A stretch of 41,208 nt of DNA, from NCBI GenBank assembly GCA_964447985.1, contig CAYUVE010000001.1, positions 1 through 41,208 on the forward strand, given 5' to 3'. This stretch comes from an uncultured Thiotrichales bacterium (lineage in GTDB: Bacteria > Pseudomonadota > Gammaproteobacteria > GCA-2400775). Under the pieces are notes generated by a model. That model worked only from the letters and a program-made list of their open reading frames with translations, was not told where the DNA came from and made no database searches. Shown here piece after piece: positions 1 to 10,765 of the stretch (its first letter is position 1; the number at the start of each line of letters is the position of its first letter). The position numbers and the translations under genes are program-made.

Positions 1-773
1 CCGAGATGTTTGATCCCCCTATTTTCGCAGCGCTATGCAGTCCAAACCTCAATACAGCCTTAAAACGTATTAGTCAGTTCAAACCCCTAATTGGTCCCAT
101 GACCTTGAATATTGAACTCAATGACGAAGGAACTCATATTATGATTAAGTTTCTTGAGCGAGATGTCGCGCTACCAAAATCATTAGTGGCGATGGAACTG
201 GGGTTTTTTGTTCAAATCGCCCGTATGGCTACACGTGAAATTATTATTCCTAAGAGAGTCATCGCACCTTGTGAGTTTCCTCACACTCCGGAATACGCTG
301 AATACTTTGGCGTAACACCTGAGTTTGGCGAAAGTCTCTCCTTACATTTTGCTGCAAATGACGCCAATAAGCCTTTTGTTACGGAAAATATTGGCATGTG
401 GGACTTCTTTGAAGCGGATTTAAAAAAACGCTTATCGGCAATACAAGCAGAAGACAGCATGAAAGAACGCGTAAAAGCGGTATTGCTCGAAATGTTACCC
501 AGCGGCGAAACTACCGTCGACACACTAGCGAAACGCTTAAACCTCAGTCGCCGCACTTTACAAAGGCGCTTGCTCGACGAGCATACCAACTTCAAAGACA
601 TACTGACCGAAACCAGAGAAAGTTTAGCTCGGCACTATGTTACCAAGTCCGATTTACCCTACATCCAGATTTCCTTCCTACTAGGGTACGAAGACCCCAA
701 CTCATTCTTCCGGGCCTTCCAAACATGGACCGGCAGCACACCTGACACCATGAGGAATCAATCTCTGCACTAA
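1..773 (+). CDS. AraC/XylS-family transcriptional regulator, 5'-truncated by the window edge
   Basis: The frame stays open to position 1. The C-terminus has the AraC-type double HTH (LSRRTLQRRLLDEHTNFKDIL ... GYEDPNSFFRAFQTWTGSTPDTMR). The preceding region resembles an AraC ligand-binding-like domain. Confidence 0.85.
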   Translation, partial: EMFDPPIFAALCSPNLNTALKRISQFKPLIGPMTLNIELNDEGTHIMIKFLERDVALPKSLVAMELGFFVQIARMATREIIIPKRVIAPCEFPHTPEYAEYFGVTPEFGESLSLHFAANDANKPFVTENIGMWDFFEADLKKRLSAIQAEDSMKERVKAVLLEMLPSGETTVDTLAKRLNLSRRTLQRRLLDEHTNFKDILTETRESLARHYVTKSDLPYIQISFLLGYEDPNSFFRAFQTWTGSTPDTMRNQSLH

Positions 774-1035
774 ACTATAACTTTTACAATTTTTTCAAAA
801 AATACAAACCCTTAGAGGTGCCTAGAGAGTTCGCAATTGTTTTTTATATACGTTTTGGGAGTATGCCATTATGCCGATCACTTGCTGCCATCCCGCCAAT
901 CTCGCCAATTGCAAGCTAAGTAGGAACTATCCTTACGAATACCCCCTCTAACCGTAAAAACCGACTATACCTTTTCAAAAAAAGGTGGCCTACAGATGAT
1001 TAAAGTTGCTGCATTTTTTGTCTGCTAATATCCCT

Positions 1036-3327
1036 ATGAACGAATCCTTGCTTAAAGAGGTATTGGGAAACTTGAGTAGGCCTGCCACATCCTTAGAAGA
1101 AGAAATTAGACAGTTAAAAAAACAATTAGCTTCTGCAGAACTTAAGGCTAAAAACAGCGCATCTGAGCTTAATAAAAGTGAAGAACGTTTTTCTTTAGCT
1201 ATGCGCAGAGCTAACGATGGTCTATGGGATTGGAATATCGAAACTGGCGAAGTTTATTTTTCCCCACGCTGGAAAAATATGCTCGGCTATAAAGAAGATG
1301 ATTTAGATAACACATTTGATACCTGGGCCAGCCTCATCCATATCGATGATAGGGATCATGCGGTAAGCGCCATGCAACATTACCTGAATGGTGACACTGA
1401 CTCATTTGAGCATGAGTTACGCATGTCTCATAAGAACGACATGGATGTATTTGTTTTATCACGCGCTTTGCTGCTAGTGCGTAATAGCGATAATCAACCC
1501 ATCAGACTAATCGGCAACCACATCGATATCACCGAACAAAAAAAAGCCGCGTCTTTTAAAACTAATAATGCCAGAATTTTAGAAATGATCGCTCTAGGGC
1601 GTTCCGCATCAGATATCTATAACGCCATTGCATTGATGTATGAAGCACGCCATCCAGGCATGCGATGCTCTATGCTAGAGCTACACGATGGCAAACTTAT
1701 ACACGGCGGCGCACCCAGTTTGCCCAAGGAATATTGTGATGCTGTTAATGGCTTAAAGAATGGTCCTAGCGTTGGCTCATGCGGCACATCGACCTACACA
1801 GGCGAACGCGTATTAGTCGAAGATATTGAAACTGATCCTAAATGGGAAAAAATAAAACACTTTGCATTACCTCACGGTATGCGCTGCTGTTGGTCTGAAC
1901 CGATTAAAAATGCTTCAGGTGACGTACTGGGTGCATTTGGCATGTACTATGACCAACCTGCATTGCCTAATGAAGACCAATTGAATGACCTAAGTTCCGC
2001 AGCAAAACTTACCGGCATTGTTATGGAACGCGACCAGGCTCAAAAACGAATTTGGGAATTGGCTTACACTGATGAACTGACTAAGCTCTCCAGCCGCGCC
2101 CATTTCTATCTGCGCCTTAATGATGTGATAAAAACATCAGAGCGAGCTAAACGTCGCTTTGGCTTGCTATATATTGACTTAGATGACTTTAAAAGTATTA
2201 ATGACAGTCTCGGTCATGATACAGGCGATGACTTACTGGTCACCGTTGCCGAACGCTTGGCCAGCACATGTCGCGACATCGACTTTATAGCGCGGCTTAG
2301 CGGAGATGAATTTTGTATTCTCATACCAGAAGTCGATGACGACCATACTGTCGTTAATGTTGCACAACGATGTCTTAAAGCTATCGCACAACCTGTTGAG
2401 CTAGCAGCACGAAAACACATCCCAGCTTGCAGCATTGGCATTGCACACTATCCAGAAGATGGCGAGGACGCCACAACCTTGATAAAGGCTGCTGATACCT
2501 CTCTTTACGCTGCTAAAGAAAACGGCAAAAATCGATATGCCTTCTATAGGCCAGAATTGACTCGAAAAGCTGAATACCGCTTTCAGGTAGAACAGTATTT
2601 GCGCGAAGCCATTGAAACCCAGCAGTTGCATCTCGAATACCAGCCACAAGTTGATCTCAAGACAGGGAAAATTATCGGCGTTGAAGCCTTGTCACGTTGG
2701 ACTCATCCTATATTGGGGAATGTACCACCGATAGACTTTATTGCCACGGCAGAAAGAATAGGCATGATCAAATTACTCACTGAATGGACATTAAATGTCG
2801 CATGTCGTCAAACTGTCGCATGGAAGCAAGATGGTCTACCTTTACAACGCTTGGCTGTTAATATCTCGCCCAGTCATTTTATTGACCAAGAGATTGTGCC
2901 ATTAATTGATCAAATTATTAGCAAAACTGGCATCAAACCTAATGACTTAGAACTGGAAATCACTGAAAGCGTTATTCAAACCGACCCAAGAAACCTAATA
3001 ACTATTAGAGATTTAAAAAATCTTAACCTACAGCTAGCTATTGATGATTTTGGCACAGGCTACTCATCGTTTGCTTCGCTTAAGCATCTAGATGTGGATT
3101 GTTTAAAAATAGATAAGTATTTTATTGATGACATGCTCACGAATAAGAAGGCTTCTATTCTGATCGGCTCCATGATTGAGATGGGTCATCAACTTGGTTA
3201 TAAAATCATTGCCGAAGGCATCGAAACAAGCGAACAACTTGATACCTTAAAGAGCTTGGGTTGCGATGCTGCACAAGGCTATCTCTTTAGCAAACCTGTG
3301 GATACAAATACCCTTTCTGAATTTTAA
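1036..3327 (+). CDS. Multidomain c-di-GMP turnover protein (coiled coil, PAS, GAF, GGDEF, EAL)
   Basis: PAS-like region (NDGLWDWNIETGEVYFSPRWKNMLGY). GAF-like region (SVGSCGTSTYTGERVLVEDIETDPKW). GGDEF domain with motif SGDEF and an RDID I-site five residues upstream. EAL domain with EALSRW, DDFGTGYSS, EGIET and QGYLFSKP. The start is uncertain: TTG at 1006 or ATG at 1036. Confidence 0.9.
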   Translation: MNESLLKEVLGNLSRPATSLEEEIRQLKKQLASAELKAKNSASELNKSEERFSLAMRRANDGLWDWNIETGEVYFSPRWKNMLGYKEDDLDNTFDTWASLIHIDDRDHAVSAMQHYLNGDTDSFEHELRMSHKNDMDVFVLSRALLLVRNSDNQPIRLIGNHIDITEQKKAASFKTNNARILEMIALGRSASDIYNAIALMYEARHPGMRCSMLELHDGKLIHGGAPSLPKEYCDAVNGLKNGPSVGSCGTSTYTGERVLVEDIETDPKWEKIKHFALPHGMRCCWSEPIKNASGDVLGAFGMYYDQPALPNEDQLNDLSSAAKLTGIVMERDQAQKRIWELAYTDELTKLSSRAHFYLRLNDVIKTSERAKRRFGLLYIDLDDFKSINDSLGHDTGDDLLVTVAERLASTCRDIDFIARLSGDEFCILIPEVDDDHTVVNVAQRCLKAIAQPVELAARKHIPACSIGIAHYPEDGEDATTLIKAADTSLYAAKENGKNRYAFYRPELTRKAEYRFQVEQYLREAIETQQLHLEYQPQVDLKTGKIIGVEALSRWTHPILGNVPPIDFIATAERIGMIKLLTEWTLNVACRQTVAWKQDGLPLQRLAVNISPSHFIDQEIVPLIDQIISKTGIKPNDLELEITESVIQTDPRNLITIRDLKNLNLQLAIDDFGTGYSSFASLKHLDVDCLKIDKYFIDDMLTNKKASILIGSMIEMGHQLGYKIIAEGIETSEQLDTLKSLGCDAAQGYLFSKPVDTNTLSEF

Positions 3328-3595
3328 CTACCACGTTTGATATCTAAACGGGGGTCCCCCTCATAACTTATCAATATAAACTCTAAGTTACCGAAAAATC
3401 AGTAAAAATTTTTAATCCGATACAGCCTCAAATACCCTTTAAGTCTTCTCGACAGAAGCCGATATCTAAACAAGATCGCATGACAAGGAAGCTAAAGGGA
3501 GCATTAGGAAGCATGATCATCAAACACCTTCTAATGAGCGCTATATGGCAATTTGCTATATTCTGTATCGAGCGCTGCCTTTCCAGGAGAAGCCA

Positions 3596-5392
3596 ATGAT
3601 TCACCTGGATAATCTACCCTTTAGCATTAAACTCTCGATCATCCCCGCGTTGATTATTCTCATGCTGCTGATCGGTGGCTTGGTCATACACTCGGAACTC
3701 AACCAGGTATTGCACAAAGTCGAGCTTGTTGAAGGACCAATATCTAAGCAGGCACTAGCCAGCTCTACACTGTTAAATACCTCGCAGCGCAAGGTCTCCG
3801 TTATTCTGCAATATGAAAAAGATGGCGATGAACAACACAAATTAGTTCATGAAAAATTAGAAGAAGAGCTGCAAGCTTCTTTACAAGAACTTAAAAACCA
3901 GCTGCAGGTTATCGTTTCCAATAACCCTCAAAACCAAAGTGATGCTGAAGAACAAAACGCGACTGAAGAAGTAAATAACGCCGAAGAAGATCGGGAAATT
4001 GAACTAAGCAAGAATGCGTTATCATTCGTTCAAGATTATGAACTTATTAACTCACAAGCTGTTGATGTCACATTATTGTTCTTCAGCCTGGATAAAGAAA
4101 GCGAACCTGAACAACATAACGCTCTAGCCACAACAGCAACACATTTACTTAGCGCGACGGCAGAGCTTGCTATAGCACTTAAAAACAACGGACAAGAATT
4201 ACAACAAATATATACTGAAGACATTAGTGTATCTATCAAGAAAACTAATGGTAGTTTATTTGGCGTGTTTGTTCTAATAGTGATTGTTAGTATCGCGTTC
4301 ACCGCTGCGATGAGCTATTTGATTACTCGCCGTATTCACAAACTTTCTTCTTCTATGAAACAAATTGCTGAAGGTGGTGGAAATTTGGAAGACCATCTTG
4401 ATGAACATGGTCGTGATGAACTCAGTACATTGGCACATAGTTACAACCAGTTTATGGAAAAAATAAGTGGCGTTGTGCAATTGGTTATTGATTCTTCAAC
4501 CACCTTGGCTACTGAAGCGGAAACCATGTCCACCATAAGCAAAAAATCTAGTGATGGTGTTGAGCAACAGCAACAATCTATTGCCGATGTTTCAAGTAGT
4601 GTACGACATATGTCTTCAACGATGGATGAAATATCGGATACTGCCTTGACCGCTGCGCAAGCCGCTCAAGAAGCCAAGACAAGTGCTTTAGACGGCGCTA
4701 AAGTGGTAAGCACAACGGTTAGTTCCGTGACCGACCTTGTGCAAGAAGTCGGTGCGGCCTCAGCCAAAATGGATCAATTTGCAGAACATAGCAATAACAT
4801 CAAAGGAATTGTTGATACGATTAAAACCATTTCTGAGCAAACTAACTTACTTGCTTTGAATGCGGCCATTGAAGCAGCACGCGCTGGTGAGGCGGGCAGA
4901 GGTTTTGCTGTTGTCGCAGATGAAGTGCGTACTCTGGCTAACCGCGCTGGCGAAGAAGCAGAAAATATTCACAGCACCATTTCTGACCTTGAAGATGAAG
5001 TCGGCTCCGTTGTCGACACCATGGCAAGAAGTAATAATAAAGCACAACAAACTATCGAAATCACACATGAAACTGAACGCGTACTTGGCGACATTACTGG
5101 CTCAGTTAACAGCATTACTACTAAGCTACAAGACATCGCTGATGCCATTGCTAAAGAAAGTGCTGACACCACAGCGATTAAACAAAATATTGGTGATATT
5201 GATCTTTCCGCTAAAGCTGCAGCAAATAGTGCTCAACAAGCCAGTCGCTCCAGCCATGAACTCAGTTTAATGGCTGCCCAATTACAAGACATTGTGCAAC
5301 AGTTTTTAACTGAGCCTGCTTCACAAAATGATATGAGTGAGATCGGTACAGCAGGAGCTGCGACGGGCACAGATGATGTCGAACTATTTTAA
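3596..5392 (+). CDS. Methyl-accepting chemotaxis protein (two TM segments, HAMP, MA signalling domain)
   Basis: Contains the highly conserved MCP hairpin [32 protein letters not shown] second TM and a HAMP-like segment sit near aa 235-300. AGGAGA (3585-3590) lies 5 nt upstream of the ATG at 3596, so this start is preferred over the in-frame ATG at 3545. Confidence 0.92.
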   Translation: MIHLDNLPFSIKLSIIPALIILMLLIGGLVIHSELNQVLHKVELVEGPISKQALASSTLLNTSQRKVSVILQYEKDGDEQHKLVHEKLEEELQASLQELKNQLQVIVSNNPQNQSDAEEQNATEEVNNAEEDREIELSKNALSFVQDYELINSQAVDVTLLFFSLDKESEPEQHNALATTATHLLSATAELAIALKNNGQELQQIYTEDISVSIKKTNGSLFGVFVLIVIVSIAFTAAMSYLITRRIHKLSSSMKQIAEGGGNLEDHLDEHGRDELSTLAHSYNQFMEKISGVVQLVIDSSTTLATEAETMSTISKKSSDGVEQQQQSIADVSSSVRHMSSTMDEISDTALTAAQAAQEAKTSALDGAKVVSTTVSSVTDLVQEVGAASAKMDQFAEHSNNIKGIVDTIKTISEQTNLLALNAAIEAARAGEAGRGFAVVADEVRTLANRAGEEAENIHSTISDLEDEVGSVVDTMARSNNKAQQTIEITHETERVLGDITGSVNSITTKLQDIADAIAKESADTTAIKQNIGDIDLSAKAAANSAQQASRSSHELSLMAAQLQDIVQQFLTEPASQNDMSEIGTAGAATGTDDVELF

Positions 5393-7371
5393 GCAGATAC
5401 AGGAAAAGCATTAACGCCTTGGCGCAGCTTCTCTAACTCTTGATTTTCACCGCCATAGGCGACACGTTCAAATAAACCACCTAACTCAATAGCTGGATCA
5501 GCAAGCTCAGGATATTTAACCGTTATGCGTTTTATTAACGATGATATGGTTTCTCCCTGATTCGGCTCTATACCAAGCTTTTTGGCTTTCTTAATAAATC
5601 GATTGATTAAACGGACTTCCTGCGGAACATGTCGAGCGCGATTACTCAACACAAAATAAAGATAAAAACCTGCGCCTATCATAAAACTCGCCAGCATAAC
5701 AACCAAAGCAATGCGCCAATACTCTGTGCCACCAAATAGCTTTTCTAATAACCCTTGTTGTGAACGATTATCATAACTCAATACCCAACGATTCCAGGCG
5801 TAGCCTATCGCATCAGCATGCTGTGCAATAAAGCGTGCTAGCGGAAACTGATCCAAGGCATTCGATCCAACAAACTGTAAATCTGAATCGCTGAGTGCTT
5901 CGGATATCCCTGTCTCCACGCGCTCAGGCGCTACCGCTGCAGTAGGGTCAATACGCAACCATCCGATGCCTTGCAACCAAACTTCTGCCCATGCGTGGGC
6001 GTCAGACTGCTTAACAACATAATAGTCTTGCACATCACTCTTACTCGCACCCTGATAACCCACGACCACACGTGCAGGAATACCAGCTGAGCGCATCATG
6101 AATACAAAGCTACTGGCAAAGTGTTCGCAGAATCCTTTTTGGGTAGTAAACAAAAAATCATCGATACTGTGACGACCAAGCAATGCTGGCTCTAAGGTGT
6201 AATAAAAACTACGGGTGAATTGATCTAAAGCGCGCTGAATAATTTGCTGCGGATTCAAACCTTCATCCAACCACTGCTGAACCTGCTGCTGCGTTTTTGG
6301 GTTTAAGCCACGAGGGATTAGTAGATTTTCGGCTAGGGTTTTTTCATTCAATGACTGCCGCTGACCATGCCGATCAGATAGAACAGATTCAACGCTATAC
6401 TGAACACGTTGGTTGACCGGTTTTTTCGATGTAATAAACAAGCGCTGATCTTGTTTCACCTTATCGTTATTGAGTTTGAGACTGACCGGCTCTGTAAGTG
6501 CAAACAACCAATGCTGACCATGTGGTTCCATCGTGACGGTATAGCGAGTTTTGTCTTCGAGTATTGGCTTAGCCTCTTGTTGTTCTTGTGCTGAATTACG
6601 CGGATAAACTCGCCAACTGCGGCCATCAAAATAGTCCAATACTAAACCACGCCAATAAAGCGATTCTTTCGGTGGTGCGTCACCTTCAAACTCAACCCGA
6701 AACGCAGTCGCCGACGACTCAACCAGCTTACCAACATCTCCAGGAGACATGGTATCGCCAAAGCCTGTCCGACCTGAGCTTGTTAATGAAGGTAAAGACC
6801 ACAAAGGCTCTATACGCGGCATGATGATGAAAAATAGCACCATCAAGGGCAAGGCGTGCAATAACAATCTGCCACCACTTTTTAATTTTGTATTGATGCT
6901 AGCAGGCCGATCAAAATATAAAACTTTCCAGGCTGCTAATAAGACAACACATGACAAAAACCCATACGCTGCGGCCAACATGGTTTGCACAAATAGAAAC
7001 TGCGTCGCGATGGCAAAAAAACCAAGAAAGACTAAAAGTAAACCATCTCTTTTTTTACGAAACTCAAGTAACTTTAATACGTAAGCTGAAAAAAATAAGC
7101 CTATGAGCAAATCGATACTAAACTTTCCAGCTGAAGAGAGTATTAGTGCTGTAACAATGACACCAGCTGTCACAGCCTTAACAAATGTTGAGGGAAATGG
7201 TAGTCGTTCTAGATAGATCTGCACCCGCCAGACAAGTGCTAGCAACCAGACCACACCCAACCATAGCGGTAGATGAAAAAGAATAGGCAATATTGCCAAG
7301 GCTTGAGCAACTAATATCCAGCTCAAATTATCATGCTTAATCCATCGACTATCGTCTATAAATACTTGCAT
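5389..7371 (-). CDS. tgpA: Transglutaminase-domain membrane protein, TgpA-like (DUF3488 plus transglutaminase core)
   Basis: The N-terminal half is polytopic. The transglutaminase Cys-His-Asp core is visible ([26 protein letters not shown]). It is the third gene of a MoxR-DUF58-TGase operon, the same arrangement as around P. aeruginosa TgpA. Confidence 0.85.
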   Translation of the reverse strand: MQVFIDDSRWIKHDNLSWILVAQALAILPILFHLPLWLGVVWLLALVWRVQIYLERLPFPSTFVKAVTAGVIVTALILSSAGKFSIDLLIGLFFSAYVLKLLEFRKKRDGLLLVFLGFFAIATQFLFVQTMLAAAYGFLSCVVLLAAWKVLYFDRPASINTKLKSGGRLLLHALPLMVLFFIIMPRIEPLWSLPSLTSSGRTGFGDTMSPGDVGKLVESSATAFRVEFEGDAPPKESLYWRGLVLDYFDGRSWRVYPRNSAQEQQEAKPILEDKTRYTVTMEPHGQHWLFALTEPVSLKLNNDKVKQDQRLFITSKKPVNQRVQYSVESVLSDRHGQRQSLNEKTLAENLLIPRGLNPKTQQQVQQWLDEGLNPQQIIQRALDQFTRSFYYTLEPALLGRHSIDDFLFTTQKGFCEHFASSFVFMMRSAGIPARVVVGYQGASKSDVQDYYVVKQSDAHAWAEVWLQGIGWLRIDPTAAVAPERVETGISEALSDSDLQFVGSNALDQFPLARFIAQHADAIGYAWNRWVLSYDNRSQQGLLEKLFGGTEYWRIALVVMLASFMIGAGFYLYFVLSNRARHVPQEVRLINRFIKKAKKLGIEPNQGETISSLIKRITVKYPELADPAIELGGLFERVAYGGENQELEKLRQGVNAFPVSA

Positions 7372-7374
7372 ACG

Positions 7375-8376
7375 CTAGACTACGGTTTTTGGTAACAAAG
7401 CTAACAAACGCAGTACTTTTTCTCGGTGAGCGCTACCGCTTGCAGCGGGCAATGTATGCCCAGGCAACATCACAGCAAAGGGAATATCTTGCTGAGAGTA
7501 ATGTAAACAGAGATAACATAGCGCACTAATTCTTTCTTCTACCGGCAGATACCTTAGAGAATCCCAGCTGAGCACCTTTTCACCCGTCAAGCCTTGTTGA
7601 TAGTCTTTACTATGCAAGCCCTTTTCCTTCGCATAGTGCTTCCAAGCAACGTGCTTTAGAGAATCACCAGCTTGATAACTACGTAGACCATAAAAATCAT
7701 CGCCGTGTATTGTTTGTGTTACGGCTTCAGCTTCATCTGCATCACCCGACGCACTCAGCGGCTCAGCGATAGTCATTGGCTTGGGATAAACCAAGGCTTC
7801 TACATCAAAATTCAACCAAGACCAACAACGCATTAAGCCTAAAGGAAATTCTGTTTCAATTAATAATCTTCCTGGGCGCAACACACCGCGCTCAGAAGTT
7901 AAGGCTGCAATAGCAATTTGCTCTGAATCACCCTCGCCAATATCAGCAGAAAACCACTCACCATGCTGCCAGCGTATTCTTAGCGCATCATTGCCATCTT
8001 TACGTTGACTACGGATATAAACGGGGAAAAAGGCTTGGTCTCCGGCAAACACGGGTTTAGCATTTGCAGCCCTAACACGCAGGCCTGAGAGATTAGCGTG
8101 GGTATGATGCATGGTGACAATGACTAGGCTAGTCAGTAAATAACATAAAGCCAGAATTAAGTTGTTTTGATAATTACTGCCTAAGACCCAAAGTACAGCT
8201 ATAAGTAAAATAAAGACAAAGCCAAGCCGTGTAGGCAAGATATAAAGATTACGTAGATTGAGCTGGTAACTATCGGCTTTAGGGATTTTACGGTCTAACC
8301 AACGAAAAAATCGTTGTTGCCACCAAGACTCTAGAGAAACAAGCCAACCGTTGCGATTGAGCGACTTGGCTAGCAC
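7375..8376 (-). CDS. DUF58-domain protein (partner of the MoxR ATPase)
   Basis: Two N-terminal TM helices, then the DUF58 signature region YQAGDSLKHVAWKHYAK. The GTG start lies 2 nt after the moxR stop, and the stop lies 3 nt before the tgpA start. Confidence 0.8.
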   Translation of the reverse strand: MLAKSLNRNGWLVSLESWWQQRFFRWLDRKIPKADSYQLNLRNLYILPTRLGFVFILLIAVLWVLGSNYQNNLILALCYLLTSLVIVTMHHTHANLSGLRVRAANAKPVFAGDQAFFPVYIRSQRKDGNDALRIRWQHGEWFSADIGEGDSEQIAIAALTSERGVLRPGRLLIETEFPLGLMRCWSWLNFDVEALVYPKPMTIAEPLSASGDADEAEAVTQTIHGDDFYGLRSYQAGDSLKHVAWKHYAKEKGLHSKDYQQGLTGEKVLSWDSLRYLPVEERISALCYLCLHYSQQDIPFAVMLPGHTLPAASGSAHREKVLRLLALLPKTVV

Positions 8377-8378
8377 AT

Positions 8379-9305
8379 TCAGCCTGCCTGGCCTAACACA
8401 TCAACATTTTTTATTAAGTAATCCAGGCTACCACTATGACCAAACTGCCTGTGTTCAGCAGCACGAATACGATGACCAACAACGGCAGGCATCACCGCTT
8501 GGATATCATCGGGCACCACATAATCGCGCTGATGAATTAAGGCCCAGGCTTTCGCAGCACGCAACCACGCCAAAGCACCACGCGGTGACAAGCCAAGACT
8601 AAAATGATCATCAAGCCGTGTTAGATTAACTAATCGTTGCAAATAAGCAAGCAACTGATCTGTTGCACGAATATTACTGGTCTCATTCTGCAAACGAGAT
8701 AATTCGTCGGTATTAATCACTGGTGTCATATTTTGAATAATTTGACGTGGATCAACGCCTTTATATAAAGCCATTTCGGATGACTCACTAGGATAGCCCA
8801 AGCTGATTCGCATCAGAAAACGGTCAAGCTGTGATTCTGGCAAAGGGAAAGTACCCGATTGTGACATAGGGTTTTGCGTGGCAATCACAAAAAATGGTTT
8901 AGGCAACTCGCGTGTCTCACCTTCGATAGTGACTTGATATTCCTCCATCGCTTCGAGCAAAGCACTTTGAGTTTTTGGTGTACTACGATTAATTTCATCT
9001 GCTAGCAGTACTTGAGTAAATACTGGACCTGAATGAAACTGAAAACTTGAACTATTACGATCAAACACCGAGACACCCAAGATATCCGCGGGCAACAGAT
9101 CGCTAGTAAATTGAACACGGTCATAATCCAAGCCTAATACGGCGGCGAGACAATGAGCCAGGGTAGTTTTACCCATGCCCGGTAAATCTTCGATTAACAG
9201 GTGACCGCGCGCTAAGAGACAGGCTAAGGCGAGCTTAACCTGTTGTTCTTTGCCAAGTAGTACTTCTCCCACTTGATCAATAATTCGATTAACAGCAATA
9301 TTCAT
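8379..9305 (-). CDS. MoxR-family AAA+ ATPase
   Basis: Walker A PGMGKTTLA and Walker B LLADEINR, with the MoxR-typical length and C-terminal region. The ATG at 9305 is preceded by GAAGG. The ORF track starts at the GTG at 9329. Confidence 0.9.
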   Translation of the reverse strand: MNIAVNRIIDQVGEVLLGKEQQVKLALACLLARGHLLIEDLPGMGKTTLAHCLAAVLGLDYDRVQFTSDLLPADILGVSVFDRNSSSFQFHSGPVFTQVLLADEINRSTPKTQSALLEAMEEYQVTIEGETRELPKPFFVIATQNPMSQSGTFPLPESQLDRFLMRISLGYPSESSEMALYKGVDPRQIIQNMTPVINTDELSRLQNETSNIRATDQLLAYLQRLVNLTRLDDHFSLGLSPRGALAWLRAAKAWALIHQRDYVVPDDIQAVMPAVVGHRIRAAEHRQFGHSGSLDYLIKNVDVLGQAG

Positions 9306-9487
9306 AATGCCTTCATATATAGTAAACACGACAAGCTATCTAAAGTATCGGCCAAATGGCTTAAACCTGTGGCAGCAATAGCCTTTAATAGAGCGCAGAG
9401 AAATCCAGTTTAATAAAGCTCAGGCAAGCCGACCAGGGAAGAGTTCACAGTTTCTGACCCAGAACCATTGCTGACAACACCGCCGAG

Positions 9488-10765
9488 CTAAGAATGAATT
9501 GATAGGTTTGTTACAACTTCAACAATCGCCGCCGTCAACTGATCTAAATCAGCATCGTCGATAGTATACGGCGGCATCACATATACCAATCGACCAAATG
9601 GTCTGAGCCAGACTCCTCTATCAACAAAGGCTTCAGTTATCGACTTCATATCGACGGCATACGCTAACTCAACGACGCCAATGGCGCCTAACACACGCAC
9701 ATCCGTAACATTATCCAACTCATGACAAGGTGCCAAACCAAGCTGCAACGACTTTTCTATACGAGCAATATTGTCCCGCCAAGGTGAATCCAGCAATAAA
9801 CGCACGCTAGTCAACGCCGCCGCACAAGCAAGGGGGTTAGCCATAAAAGTTGGACCATGCATAAACACTCCGGGCTCGCCACTATCTATGGTTTCCGCAA
9901 CATGATTCGTCGCCATCGTAGCAGCCAAGCTCAAATAACCACCTGTTAGTGTTTTACCCAAACACATGATATCGGGAGCAATATCAGCGTGGTTGCAAGC
10001 GAACAATTCACCTGTGCGCCCAAAGCCCGTGGCAATCTCATCGGCGATTAACAAAACTTCACATTCATCACATAGCGTTCTTAGGCGCGCTAAATATTCT
10101 GCGGAATAAAACCACATGGCACCGGCGGCTTGTACGATAGGTTCAATGATTACGGCCGCGATATTATCTTCTGATAGAGCCTGCCTAATTGATGCCAATT
10201 CGTTCTCGTCGCAGGCTTGACCAAAGCGACACCGCGGTTGATCAATAAAAATATTTTTATTAATGAGCTGATTGAATACACTATGCATACCGGTTTCTGG
10301 ATCAGACACTGACATGGCACCGATAGTATCGCCATGGTAATCACGTCGTAGCGAAACAAAAGTTTTTCTTTGAGCTTGACCTCTGGCATGCCAATATTGC
10401 GCAGCCATTTTCATCGCCACTTCTACTGAAACAGAACCTGAGTCAGAATAAAAAACTGTTTGCAAAGGTTTAGGGGTGATATCAACAAGCAACTGCGCCA
10501 GCTCAATGGCTGGGTCATGGGTCAAACCACCGAACATGACATGCGCCATTTTTTCTAGCTGCTGATTTAAGGCGGCATTCATTGCAGGGTGGTTGTAACC
10601 ATGAATGACGCACCACCATGACGACATACCATCGATAAGCTCTGTGCCATCTTTAAGCCTTAGTTTGACACCCTGTGCAGATTCGACATGATAGATAGGC
10701 ATATTCGAATCCATGGCGCTATAGGGATGCCATATGTGTTTAGCATCTATTTCTTCGGCATTCAT
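9488..10765 (-). CDS. bioA: Adenosylmethionine-8-amino-7-oxononanoate aminotransferase
   Basis: Matches remembered E. coli BioA along its whole length (HIWHPYS..., DGMSSWWCVIHGYNHP, IADEIATGFGRTGELFAC, PLP-lysine context CLGKTLTGG, HGPTFMANPLACAAA, GVWLRPFGRLVYVMPPY). Confidence 0.93.
   Translation of the reverse strand: MNAEEIDAKHIWHPYSAMDSNMPIYHVESAQGVKLRLKDGTELIDGMSSWWCVIHGYNHPAMNAALNQQLEKMAHVMFGGLTHDPAIELAQLLVDITPKPLQTVFYSDSGSVSVEVAMKMAAQYWHARGQAQRKTFVSLRRDYHGDTIGAMSVSDPETGMHSVFNQLINKNIFIDQPRCRFGQACDENELASIRQALSEDNIAAVIIEPIVQAAGAMWFYSAEYLARLRTLCDECEVLLIADEIATGFGRTGELFACNHADIAPDIMCLGKTLTGGYLSLAATMATNHVAETIDSGEPGVFMHGPTFMANPLACAAALTSVRLLLDSPWRDNIARIEKSLQLGLAPCHELDNVTDVRVLGAIGVVELAYAVDMKSITEAFVDRGVWLRPFGRLVYVMPPYTIDDADLDQLTAAIVEVVTNLSIHS

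Noticed and set aside
997-1029. A 10-codon mini-ORF (MIKVAAFFVC) with AAGGTGG upstream, just ahead of and overlapping the GGDEF-EAL gene start region. Considered as a leader peptide.
   Set aside because: It is too short, and I could find no associated attenuator or terminator structure. Alone, it cannot be told apart from chance.
3350-3360. The GGGGG-T-CCCCC palindrome 23 nt after the GGDEF-EAL stop, considered as a rho-independent terminator.
   Set aside because: At best it forms a 4-bp stem with a 3-nt loop, and no T-tract follows. That is too weak to call.
3339-3471. An 11-bp direct repeat GATATCTAAAC (3339-3349 and 3461-3471) upstream of the MCP gene.
   Set aside because: It is a single pair of short AT-rich repeats 122 bp apart in an AT-rich intergenic region. 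It could be a binding site, but it is within chance expectation and has no supporting symmetry.
3480-3599. A 39-aa upstream ORF whose TGA overlaps the MCP start codon (ATGA).
   Set aside because: There is no Shine-Dalgarno before its ATG and its composition is unremarkable. The overlap is more simply explained by chance.
4860-5270. A 136-aa alternative-frame ORF inside the MCP signalling domain.
   Set aside because: The overlapping frame encodes the highly conserved MCP hairpin. The alternative frame has no motif and arises because that frame happens to lack stop codons.
5375-5392. The MCP C-terminus ...DDVELF, considered as a CheR/CheB-tethering pentapeptide.
   Set aside because: Canonical tether motifs are of the xWxxF type (for example NWETF). 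The essential Trp is absent here.
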